A stretch of DNA of 24,000 bases from Desulfurococcales archaeon (GTDB lineage: Archaea > Thermoproteota > Thermoprotei_A > Sulfolobales > NBVN01), in contig JAGDWE010000020.1 in the NCBI GenBank assembly GCA_023255965.1, positions 14,664-38,663 on the forward strand, written 5' to 3'. Below are positions 7,552 through 15,146 of this stretch, one piece after another. How positions within the stretch are numbered: position 1 is the first letter of the stretch; each line of letters opens with the position of its first letter. A model generated the notes under the pieces. It was not told the origin of the DNA, did no database searches, and saw only the letters and a program-made list of their open reading frames with translations. A program made the translations under genes and the position numbers.

Positions 7552-9018
7552 ATGGAATCGATTCTCACATTAGATATAGGTACCACGAACATTAAGGCTG
7601 CAGTCGTCTCCTTAAATGGCAAGACCTTAGACTTAATTAAGGCTAAGTCACCGATATTAGCTTCTGATGCAGGCTCATTCGAGCATGAACCTAGGCAATT
7701 ACTTAATGAGGTGATAAATCTAATTAAAGCGCTTGCCGCTAAGCATAGGAGTGCTATTAAAGCCATAGCTCTCTCCTCATACATTAGTAATCTATTGCTA
7801 GTTGATGATCGAGGCAATGAGCTAACCAACATAATTACGTGGCTTGATAGAAGGCCAGTTAAAGTACTGGATAATTTAAGTAAATTAATTGATCCCCACG
7901 AACTTTACAGACGCACCGGATGTCCCCCACTATACTTGTACGTACCTCCGAAGATCTACTGGTTAAGTACTTCATCTAACCTGGTTAGTAAGGCCAGGTA
8001 CTTACTAGACGCTAAAAGCTACATATTATTCAAGTTAATGAACGAACCTTATATAGATTTATCAACGGCTTCAGCCTCACAATTGCTTAACATCCATAGC
8101 CTTAAGTGGGATGACCTAGTATTAAGTTCGCTAGGCATTGATGAAGGTAAGCTACCTAGATTAGTTGAAGCCGATGAGATTATTGGATATATACCTAGGG
8201 CCAAGGCATTGGAACTCGGCTTGAATGATGAGGTGCCGATAGTTCCATGCCTATATGATGGCGCGTCATTCATTATAGGATTAGGAGGTCTTGAAGTAGG
8301 TGTAGGTTCATCGCATATCGGGACTAGCGCTATGTTAAGGGTCGTATCTGATAGTCCACTAATTGACTTAAATACCATGGAATTACATACCTATTACCTA
8401 TGTAGGGGGCTGTGGATACCCGGTGGCGCTATAGGTAATGCTGGGCTGACCTTAGATTGGCTCAGTAGCTTAGTTGGAAGGGAAGTTAACATCTTACTTA
8501 ATAATATGGCTCCATTGTCAAGCTCGTTACCGCTAACCATTCCGATATTAACTCCCGAGAGATTCCCTAAGTTAACGAGATGTTCAGGGATATTAAGTTA
8601 TGGAATGAAGCTTGAGGATCGTTTAAACGTCTTAACGACTTCTTTAGTTTTAGGCTTTCTCTTCATGTTAAGAAGGTTCTCAGATTTAGTGGAATCTCAT
8701 GGGATAAAATTACGTGAGATACGAGTTGGCGGCGGCGTTGCTGAATCGGATAACGTCTTATATTTGATGAGTAATGTGTTGGGGACGAAAGTATTAAGGC
8801 CTAAGAATTTATTAGAGGGAGGCCTACTAGGAAATGCATTAATAGCATTTAAGGCGTTGGGGTACTTTAAATCACTTAATGACGCGTTTAACTCGTTAGG
8901 TGTGGAATTCGATGTCTTTCAACCTAAGGATGAATTAATTAACATATCTAAAGAACTCTACATTAAGTTTAAGAGCTTACTTAAGATATACACACAACTG
9001 TGTAGCGAGTTAACATGA
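7552..9018 (+). CDS. FGGY-family carbohydrate kinase, paralog 1 (xylulokinase/gluconokinase-like)
   Basis: N-terminal LTLDIGTTNIKAAV (actin-like ATPase phosphate-1), then YDGASFIIGLG and IRVGGGVAES. ATG 7552 (MESILTLDIG) parallels the start of paralog 2. An alternative TTG at 7537 gives a TTGA overlap with the upstream stop. Confidence 0.8.
   Translation: MESILTLDIGTTNIKAAVVSLNGKTLDLIKAKSPILASDAGSFEHEPRQLLNEVINLIKALAAKHRSAIKAIALSSYISNLLLVDDRGNELTNIITWLDRRPVKVLDNLSKLIDPHELYRRTGCPPLYLYVPPKIYWLSTSSNLVSKARYLLDAKSYILFKLMNEPYIDLSTASASQLLNIHSLKWDDLVLSSLGIDEGKLPRLVEADEIIGYIPRAKALELGLNDEVPIVPCLYDGASFIIGLGGLEVGVGSSHIGTSAMLRVVSDSPLIDLNTMELHTYYLCRGLWIPGGAIGNAGLTLDWLSSLVGREVNILLNNMAPLSSSLPLTIPILTPERFPKLTRCSGILSYGMKLEDRLNVLTTSLVLGFLFMLRRFSDLVESHGIKLREIRVGGGVAESDNVLYLMSNVLGTKVLRPKNLLEGGLLGNALIAFKALGYFKSLNDAFNSLGVEFDVFQPKDELINISKELYIKFKSLLKIYTQLCSELT
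8086..8170. repeat. 85-nt tract identical to 9546-9630 (inside FGGY paralog 1)
   Basis: Base-by-base comparison gives 85/85 identity with sharp boundaries. The flanking sequence is strongly diverged. Confidence 0.95.
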
Positions 9019-10502
9019 ATTACATACTAACCCTAGATATAGGTACCACGAACATTAAGGCAACGATCGTAGATGAAGTAGGTAATATAGTAATCCATAA
9101 ATCAATAAAGAACGAGCTGACGTTAGGTAGCGATGGAAGGGCTGAACACGATATTAAGGACATATACCGTAAGTGCTTAGAGGTAACTAAATCGGTTATA
9201 AGTGGATTCGAACGCAATATAGTAGCGATATCATTAAGTACGTACCTCCACGGACTTGCTGTACTAGGAGTTAATAATGAGGTATTAAATAATGTAATGA
9301 CGCATCTGGATTTAAGGAGTGCAGGCTATGAGGTCCTGCCAGGCGTCGATGAGTACGAAGTATATAGACGTACTGGATGCCCTCCAATCTTCGTTTACCC
9401 AGTAGCGAAGATTAGATGGTTTAAGAGTCTAAGGAGCCATCTAGTAAATAACGTTAGCAGATATTCATTAGTTAAGGACTACGTTGTCGAGAAGTTAATT
9501 GGCGATGCTTATGTAGACTTCGGCGTCGCATCGGGTAGTCAGCTACTTAACATCCATAGCCTTAAGTGGGATGACCTAGTATTAAGTTCGCTAGGCATTG
9601 ATGAAGGTAAGCTACCTAGATTAGTTGAAGGCTGTAAGGTACTTGACTACGTAAGGGCCTCAACTCTTGATGAGCTAGGGATAATGAATAATAGAGTAGC
9701 ATTAGTTGCTGGAACCTTCGATGGAGGTGCTCAGAATATAGGCTTAGGTGCTTTAGATTCAAGTATAGCTACGGTTAATCTAGGTTCTACTGCAGTACTA
9801 AGGACATTAACTACTTCTCCTATAATTGATAAATCGCGTGAGATGAGGTTCTTCACTTATTACGTAGCTGACGGGTTGAGGGCATGTGGAGGCGCTTCAA
9901 ATAATGGTTGTACGGTGCTTGATTGGCTGTCATCCATACTTAGCTTAACTCCTAACGATATAGATTTACTAATTAAGGATATAGGGCCAGGTTCTGAGGG
10001 CGTCTACTTCTTGCCGTTCTTAGCAGGTGAAAGATTTCCATTTAGGGACCCATATTTAAGGGGCGTTCTAATAGGGCTTCAGCTACATCATGGTAGAGGA
10101 CATATAATTAAAGCATTGCTTGAGGGTATATCACTTAATTTAAGGGTTATTAAGGATGCACTGGGCGAAAACGGTATTAACTTTAAGGCAGTAATTTGCG
10201 GTGGTGGTGGATGTAGGTCGAAGATGTGGCGTGAGGTGCTTAAGGCGGTTTTATGTATGCCTATATTAAGTAGTGGCTTTGAGGAACATGCTGCCAATAG
10301 GGGAGTTGGATTACTTGCATTAAAGGCCTTAGGCTATGTAAATGATCTAAGTAGATTTAAGTATGACCTAAGGTTAGATGAGGCTTTAATGCCTGACAAC
10401 GTATTGTGTGATACGTATTCACTAATCTACAGTAAGTACCTAAGCATATTTAAGGATATTAAACGAATCATTACGAATACGTATGGCTGTGAGGGGCGTT
10501 GA
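9015..10502 (+). CDS. FGGY-family carbohydrate kinase, paralog 2
   Basis: Motifs are MNYILTLDIGTTNIKATIV, FDGGAQNIGLG, FLPFLAGERFPF and VICGGGGCRSKMW (FGGY signature 2). There is a 4-nt ATGA overlap with paralog 1. Confidence 0.85.
   Translation: MNYILTLDIGTTNIKATIVDEVGNIVIHKSIKNELTLGSDGRAEHDIKDIYRKCLEVTKSVISGFERNIVAISLSTYLHGLAVLGVNNEVLNNVMTHLDLRSAGYEVLPGVDEYEVYRRTGCPPIFVYPVAKIRWFKSLRSHLVNNVSRYSLVKDYVVEKLIGDAYVDFGVASGSQLLNIHSLKWDDLVLSSLGIDEGKLPRLVEGCKVLDYVRASTLDELGIMNNRVALVAGTFDGGAQNIGLGALDSSIATVNLGSTAVLRTLTTSPIIDKSREMRFFTYYVADGLRACGGASNNGCTVLDWLSSILSLTPNDIDLLIKDIGPGSEGVYFLPFLAGERFPFRDPYLRGVLIGLQLHHGRGHIIKALLEGISLNLRVIKDALGENGINFKAVICGGGGCRSKMWREVLKAVLCMPILSSGFEEHAANRGVGLLALKALGYVNDLSRFKYDLRLDEALMPDNVLCDTYSLIYSKYLSIFKDIKRIITNTYGCEGR
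9546..9630. repeat. 85-nt tract identical to 8086-8170 (inside FGGY paralog 2)
   Basis: Same evidence as for 8086-8170. A second, 28-nt identical tract is 7571-7598 = 9034-9061 (tagatataggtaccacgaacattaaggc). Confidence 0.95.
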
Positions 10503-11167
10503 TGAGTAGGCCCTATGTGATAGTATTCGCTACAGCAACTATAGATGGCAAGATCGCATCAAAGACTAGATATAGTAAATTAAGTTGCCCTGAAGATCTA
10601 AAGAGGCTACATATAGCCAGAAGAGAAGCAGGCGCTGTAATGATAGGGGCTAATACAGCTAACATAGATAACCCATCATTAAGGCTTAAGTACGTTGAGG
10701 GCCCAAACCCTACTAGGATCGTCATAGACGGCAGACTCTCCATAAGGGAGGATCTAAGACTAGTTAATGAATTAATTGCCAGAACTATAGTGCTCACTAC
10801 AATTAAAGCTGACCAAGAGAAGGTAAAAAGACTTGCGTCTAAAGGAGTTGAAGTATACTTGATAGATACTGATAAGCCGCCCGAGATTAACATGGTGAAA
10901 GCGCTTCAACTGCTTTACAGCCTAGGAATTAGAAAGGTGTTAGTTGAGGGAGGTGGTGAGTTAATATGGAGTTTAATTAAACACGATCTAGTTGATGAAT
11001 TCAGAATCACCTACACCGGATACGTATTCGGCGGCAGGGATGCCATATCAATCGTCGGCGGTGAGGGATTTCAATCAATAGAGGAATCTCCAGCATTTAA
11101 TGTTGACGAGCTAATTAGATGTGTATGTGGAAGAGAGCTCCATGTCATCTTTAAGAGGGCCCCTTAA
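10499..11167 (+). CDS. arfC: 2,5-diamino-6-(ribosylamino)-4(3H)-pyrimidinone 5'-phosphate reductase (archaeal RibD C-terminal-type reductase, riboflavin/F420 pathway)
   Basis: RibD_C/DHFR-like fold pattern: RPYVIVFATATIDGKIAS, GAVMIGANTANIDNPSL and VLVEGGGELIWSLIKHDLVDEF. There is a 4-nt overlap with the upstream kinase. Confidence 0.8.
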   Translation: MMSRPYVIVFATATIDGKIASKTRYSKLSCPEDLKRLHIARREAGAVMIGANTANIDNPSLRLKYVEGPNPTRIVIDGRLSIREDLRLVNELIARTIVLTTIKADQEKVKRLASKGVEVYLIDTDKPPEINMVKALQLLYSLGIRKVLVEGGGELIWSLIKHDLVDEFRITYTGYVFGGRDAISIVGGEGFQSIEESPAFNVDELIRCVCGRELHVIFKRAP

Positions 11168-11195
11168 GCTTAAGTTTCAGGAAGATCGTCATTAG

Positions 11196-11340
11196 TTATA
11201 CGTCAATCACGTCGCTCGGGTTCTGAGCTCTTCCCCGCCCTGGAGGGCTGGGGTCCTCCAGCACCTCCACTACATCCCCACCTGCTGGGCAGTTGGGCGG
11301 CCAGAGGCCTCCATCCTGGACCATCGCTAGATGACGTAGG
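11196..11340 (-). other. GC-rich, hairpin-dense non-coding island (candidate structured ncRNA or relic end of an IS200/IS605-type element)
   Basis: This is about 60% G+C inside a 238-nt convergent spacer whose surroundings are about 40% G+C. It has a perfect 7-bp inverted repeat, ctggagg (11240-11246) / cctccag (11255-11261). It also has ccccgccc-tgga-gggctgggg (11233-11253) and further hairpins at 11274-11310. A TTTAAA box at 11349-11354 lies about 25 nt upstream if the island is transcribed on the - strand. Confidence 0.35.
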
Positions 11341-11405
11341 ATAGGGGATTTAAAGCCCTCATTCAACCATAGATGATAGGGCCTTTAGCTACAACCTAGT
11401 GCCTA

Positions 11406-11774
11406 CTATATGTTATTATCTAATCTTCTAAAGAAGCAGGTCCTATTTCCAGTATGGCATATAGGTCCTAACGACTTAACCTTTACTAGGACTGCATCAT
11501 AGTCGCAGTCGATCATTAAGTCCATTACAACTTGGTAGTTGCCGCTTGTCTCCCCCTTTAACCATAGCCTACCCCTGCTTAATGACCATAGATGTAGATA
11601 CCCCGTAATTAATGTCTTAATTACCGCCTCCTCATTCATATGACCGACCATTAGAACCTCATTAGTTTCAAAGTCCTGAATGACCGCTATTACGGTATTG
11701 TCCTCGTGTCTGTAATTCAACTTACTTGCAATAACTTTAGCTAATTGCTCACTAATCACTAACGTCTTAACCAC
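11406..11774 (-). CDS. hisI: Phosphoribosyl-AMP cyclohydrolase
   Basis: LWLKGETSGNYQVV..IDCDYDAVLVKVKSLGPICHTGNRTCFF is the HisI signature. It is the last gene of the his operon. Confidence 0.9.
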   Translation of the reverse strand: MVKTLVISEQLAKVIASKLNYRHEDNTVIAVIQDFETNEVLMVGHMNEEAVIKTLITGYLHLWSLSRGRLWLKGETSGNYQVVMDLMIDCDYDAVLVKVKSLGPICHTGNRTCFFRRLDNNI

Positions 11775-12352
11775 CTGTAAAGTCTAGTTAAGAACTTAAT
11801 TCCAACTCTACCACTCCTCTCTGGATGGAACTGCACGGCTATTAAATTATCCTTAATAATCGTCACTGGGAACTTAATCCCATAGTAACTAAAGACGGCA
11901 ACGGGTTCATCGGTGTATGCTATATAGCTATGCATGAAATAAACGTATTCATCATCTAGAACCTCCGTTAACTCGTTATTGCTGAGCACGTATACCTTAT
12001 CCCAACCTATATGAGGTAATTTAACATCTGCCGCTCTAATCCTATCTACGTATCCATTGAGCCACTTAAGGCCTTCATTTATCCCGCCCTCAAATCCGTA
12101 TTCAAACATGACATGCATACCTATACATATCCCTAGGAAGTATGTTGACGAATTCCTTAACTCGTTAATTACCTCTAATTTGCTTCTTAGGTAATTAATA
12201 ACTGCCTTAAATGTCCCGACGCCGGGGAAGACAACTAAGTCGTAATTGCCTATTAAATTCTCATTTACTTCAACGTCAAATCCTGCCCTCCTTAAAGCAG
12301 ATGATATGCTGAATAGATTGCCTACCCCGTAATTAAGTATTAGGGCCCTCAC
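11759..12352 (-). CDS. hisH: Imidazole glycerol phosphate synthase, glutamine amidotransferase subunit
   Basis: Class I GATase: NYGVGNLFSI, nucleophile elbow LGICIGMH, and FHPERSG (His/Glu of the triad). Confidence 0.9.
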   Translation of the reverse strand: MRALILNYGVGNLFSISSALRRAGFDVEVNENLIGNYDLVVFPGVGTFKAVINYLRSKLEVINELRNSSTYFLGICIGMHVMFEYGFEGGINEGLKWLNGYVDRIRAADVKLPHIGWDKVYVLSNNELTEVLDDEYVYFMHSYIAYTDEPVAVFSYYGIKFPVTIIKDNLIAVQFHPERSGRVGIKFLTRLYRWLRR

Positions 12353-12636
12353 TTCCTCCTCCTCCTAAGCTCGTACAGAACTTCATCTAAGGTTACATTG
12401 TTTAATGCCATTAATACCATTAAATGATAGATGAGGTCTGCTACTTCATTAATGACTTCTTGTTTCGAGGCAGTCAATGAAGCTATGATTACTTCTAAGG
12501 CCTCCTCACCAACCTTCCTAGCCACATATTCTCTGCCCTTACTAGCTAAGTATGCCGTGTAGCTCCCCTCAGGTCCTTCCTTAATTCTACTAAGTATAAC
12601 CTCATAGAGCTCGTTAAGTACATCCATATCTAGCAC
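12349..12636 (-). CDS. hisE: Phosphoribosyl-ATP pyrophosphohydrolase
   Basis: 95-aa MazG-like helical protein: KVGEEALEVIIA...EVADLIYHLMVL. There is a 4-nt overlap with hisH. Confidence 0.85.
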   Translation of the reverse strand: MLDMDVLNELYEVILSRIKEGPEGSYTAYLASKGREYVARKVGEEALEVIIASLTASKQEVINEVADLIYHLMVLMALNNVTLDEVLYELRRRRK

Positions 12637-13687
12637 CTAAGCTTTCCAAATGATTTATAAATCCTTCATACCTAGCTATCTTCATGGCCGACTCGATCAG
12701 CTCTTTAGGGGGTTCGCCAGACGCCAGCATTATAGGTTTAATGAAGTCATATATTGTGAGCCCTCCCTTACATCTAGCCCACCGGTTAGTCGGTAGTATG
12801 TGGTTTGGACCTAGGTAATCTACTAACGCCGATGGTGTACCTCCTAATGAGATTGCACCCACATTCCTAACCATCCTCAACGCGCTGAGGTAGTTACGTA
12901 CATGAAGTGATAAGTGCTCAGGCGCTAATTCATTAACTAAGTTTATTGCCTCTTCAACGCTACCCGCCCTTACTAGAACGTATTCGTTTGAGTCATGTGC
13001 CAAGACTTCCTCAACTTCATTCAATAGCCTATCTGATGTTGATATTAGGACAACTAACGCATCTCTATGCTCAGCTTGCGCCTTCATATCCGAGATCACA
13101 TCATATGGATTAGCTGACTCATCAGCTACAACGACCAACTCCGTAGGTCCTTCAAAGCCATCCACAGCCACTACGTCCTGAAGCAAGTACTTAGCTATCT
13201 GTACGTAGATATTGCCTGGCCCTACTATTTTATCCACCTTATCAACGCTTTCAGTTCCATAAGCCATCGCGGCTATAGCTTGAGCCCCTCCCACCCTATA
13301 CACCTTAGTCACCCCTAACTTTAGGGATATGTATGATACAGCTGGATCTATGCTGCCGTCCCTAGTAGGGGGAGTTGATATATAAATTCTATCCACGCCA
13401 GCAACCCTAGCAGGTATTCCGGCCATCAATAATGTTGATGGATAGCTCCTAAGGCCTCCTGGGACGTAGATGCCTACTTTATCTAGGGCCCTCCACATGA
13501 TACCTAGCCTAAGGTTACCCACATCTACTAGTAGATCTTTAGGCTTCATTGACTCATAGATCTTCATTAGGTGTTCATAGACTTTATCTATCGCTGACCT
13601 AACCTCCGGCATCAGCTTACTAGAGTACTTAATGAGCTCCTCAGATGTAACTATGATGTCATCTACTTTAACTCCATCGTACTTCAT
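12614..13687 (-). CDS. hisD: Histidinol dehydrogenase (coordinates run from the first ATG; the conserved N-terminus continues in frame up to about 13816 with no ATG/GTG/TTG)
   Basis: Motifs are GPTELVVVADE, AQAEH, APEHLSL and GPNHILPT. Upstream of ATG 13687 the frame stays open for 46 codons. These encode ...YVDIVREIINYVKVHGDEGLKELSMKYDGV, the usual HisD N-terminal region. See findings. Confidence 0.85.
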   Translation of the reverse strand: MKYDGVKVDDIIVTSEELIKYSSKLMPEVRSAIDKVYEHLMKIYESMKPKDLLVDVGNLRLGIMWRALDKVGIYVPGGLRSYPSTLLMAGIPARVAGVDRIYISTPPTRDGSIDPAVSYISLKLGVTKVYRVGGAQAIAAMAYGTESVDKVDKIVGPGNIYVQIAKYLLQDVVAVDGFEGPTELVVVADESANPYDVISDMKAQAEHRDALVVLISTSDRLLNEVEEVLAHDSNEYVLVRAGSVEEAINLVNELAPEHLSLHVRNYLSALRMVRNVGAISLGGTPSALVDYLGPNHILPTNRWARCKGGLTIYDFIKPIMLASGEPPKELIESAMKIARYEGFINHLESLGARYGCT

Positions 13688-13812
13688 TGAAAGCTCCTTA
13701 AGTCCCTCATCGCCATGTACCTTAACGTAGTTTATTATCTCCCTAACTATATCTACGTATTTACTTAGATTTGATGACCTACCAATTAATTTATCTAGGG
13801 ATCTACTAACTA

Positions 13813-14568
13813 CTATACTCTCACCTCAATACCTAGATCAATTAAGTACTTCTTAAGGTCGTATATCCTTATAATGCCATCATGGAACACTCCTGCAGCT
13901 AATGCCGCATCAGCCTTCCCTATAGCGAATACCTCGTGAAAGTGCTCCGGCCTTCCAGCACCCCCACTAGCTATTACGGGGATGTTAACTATGCTTGCAA
14001 CCATAGCTGTCAACTCTAGGTCGTAACCTAACCTTGTACCATCCCTATCAATACTAGTTAATAGTATTTCACCAGCTCCTAATTCCTCACCTACCTTAAC
14101 CCAGCACATTACATCTAGGCCAGTGTTATATGTGCCTGACCTAGTGTATACTATGTACTTACCTCCAACCCTCTTAGCATCTACTGCAAGAACCACGGAC
14201 TGTGAGCCGAAGTTCGATGCAGCCTTAGTTATTAATGATCTATCATTAACTGCCGACGTATTTATGCTTACCTTATCTGCGCCGGATGAGAGGAGTGCTG
14301 ATACATCATCTAAGCTCCTAACGCCCCCGCCTACGGTTAGTGGTATTGTTAAGACGCTTGCTACGTTCTTTACAACATCTAGTAATGCTCTCCTACCCTC
14401 AATACTCGCCGTAATATCAAGTAGTACTAATTCATCGGCTCCTTCCTCCTCATACCTGGCAGCAAGCTCTACCGGATCTCCCTTATCTCTTAGCTCGACG
14501 AACTTAACCCCCTTAACTACCCTTCCATGCCTTACGTCGAGGCATGGAATAATCCTCTTGGCAGTCAT
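13813..14568 (-). CDS. hisF: Imidazole glycerol phosphate synthase, cyclase subunit
   Basis: Motifs are RIIPCLDV, GADKVSINT, SIDRDGT and ASGGAG. Confidence 0.95.
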   Translation of the reverse strand: MTAKRIIPCLDVRHGRVVKGVKFVELRDKGDPVELAARYEEEGADELVLLDITASIEGRRALLDVVKNVASVLTIPLTVGGGVRSLDDVSALLSSGADKVSINTSAVNDRSLITKAASNFGSQSVVLAVDAKRVGGKYIVYTRSGTYNTGLDVMCWVKVGEELGAGEILLTSIDRDGTRLGYDLELTAMVASIVNIPVIASGGAGRPEHFHEVFAIGKADAALAAGVFHDGIIRIYDLKKYLIDLGIEVRV

Positions 14569-15146
14569 AGAGATCCCTTAGTACTCCTAATAGATGTTGA
14601 AACTATCCTTGAAGCTTCATATAACGTCATACCTAGGCCCTTAAACAGCGCCTCAACTATATGGTGGGTATTTAACCCGCTCAACTGAATTACATGTATG
14701 GTTATTCCTGAATTAATCGCTAATGAGTTAATGAAGTGAATTACATTCTCAGTCGCTAAATCACCAATCAACTCCCTCCATAACTTAAGCTTTACGTAAG
14801 CACCTCCCCTCCCAGAGATGTCAACTGCCACAAGTACTAGGGCATCATCCATAGGGGTAATCATAGATGCAAACCTCTTTATACCCACCTTATCTCCCAA
14901 TACCTCCTTGAAGGCTTCACCAACGGTTATAGCTATATCCTCGACCACGTGATGTTCGTCGTAGACTAATTTCTCAGAGGCATTAATTAAGGCAGTTGCA
15001 TTCATATATGTAAACATGGTTGATAACATGTGATTTAGGAACGCTATAGGGGTTAATACCTCAACCTTACCTCCCTCATCAATATCTAAGAATACCTCAA
15101 CTCTGGTTTCAGCTGTCTCCCTTACCTTACGAGCTGCTCTAGACAT
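14565..15146 (-). CDS. hisB: Imidazoleglycerol-phosphate dehydratase
   Basis: ETRVEV..D, DEHHVVEDIAITVGEAF and NTHHIVEALFKGLG are IGPD motifs. It is the monofunctional form, with no phosphatase domain. Confidence 0.9.
   Translation of the reverse strand: MSRAARKVRETAETRVEVFLDIDEGGKVEVLTPIAFLNHMLSTMFTYMNATALINASEKLVYDEHHVVEDIAITVGEAFKEVLGDKVGIKRFASMITPMDDALVLVAVDISGRGGAYVKLKLWRELIGDLATENVIHFINSLAINSGITIHVIQLSGLNTHHIVEALFKGLGMTLYEASRIVSTSIRSTKGSL

Noticed and set aside
11196-11324. 42-codon - strand ORF (MVQDGGLWPPNCPAGGDVVEVLEDPSPPGRGRAQNPSDVIDV) inside the GC-rich island. It has weak similarity (about 70% over about 30 nt, with indels) to the CPMASGDEGVLA-coding stretch at 3016-3051.
   Set aside because: It is too short, and its Gly/Pro-rich composition is simply what GC-rich hairpin DNA encodes. 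There is no Shine-Dalgarno or domain signal. The similarity is too weak to claim homology without a proper alignment. I treat the region as non-coding.
11380-11405. gggcctttagctacaacctagtgcc looks superficially like the 5' acceptor and D-arm of a tRNA.
   Set aside because: No matching D-stem closure, anticodon arm or T-arm (GTTCRANYC) follows. The sequence runs straight into the hisI stop codon.
14123-14581. 152-aa + strand ORF antisense to hisF. Similar antisense ORFs are 15870-16322 (antisense to hisG), 17174-17455 (hisC), 4147-4644 and 4966-5412 (Hsp20/HypD), 6718-7056 and 7192-7419 (the dehydrogenase), 7503-7832 and 8049-8378 (the 2-hydroxyacid dehydrogenase 3' end and FGGY kinase 1), 10513-10893 (the reductase), and 22735-22968, 23182-23364 and 23545-23754 (the mutase).
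   Set aside because: Each lies entirely opposite a gene with strong family motifs. Their products are low-complexity and rich in Ser, Leu, Thr and Pro, with no recognisable domain. Long antisense frames are expected opposite genes with this codon bias.
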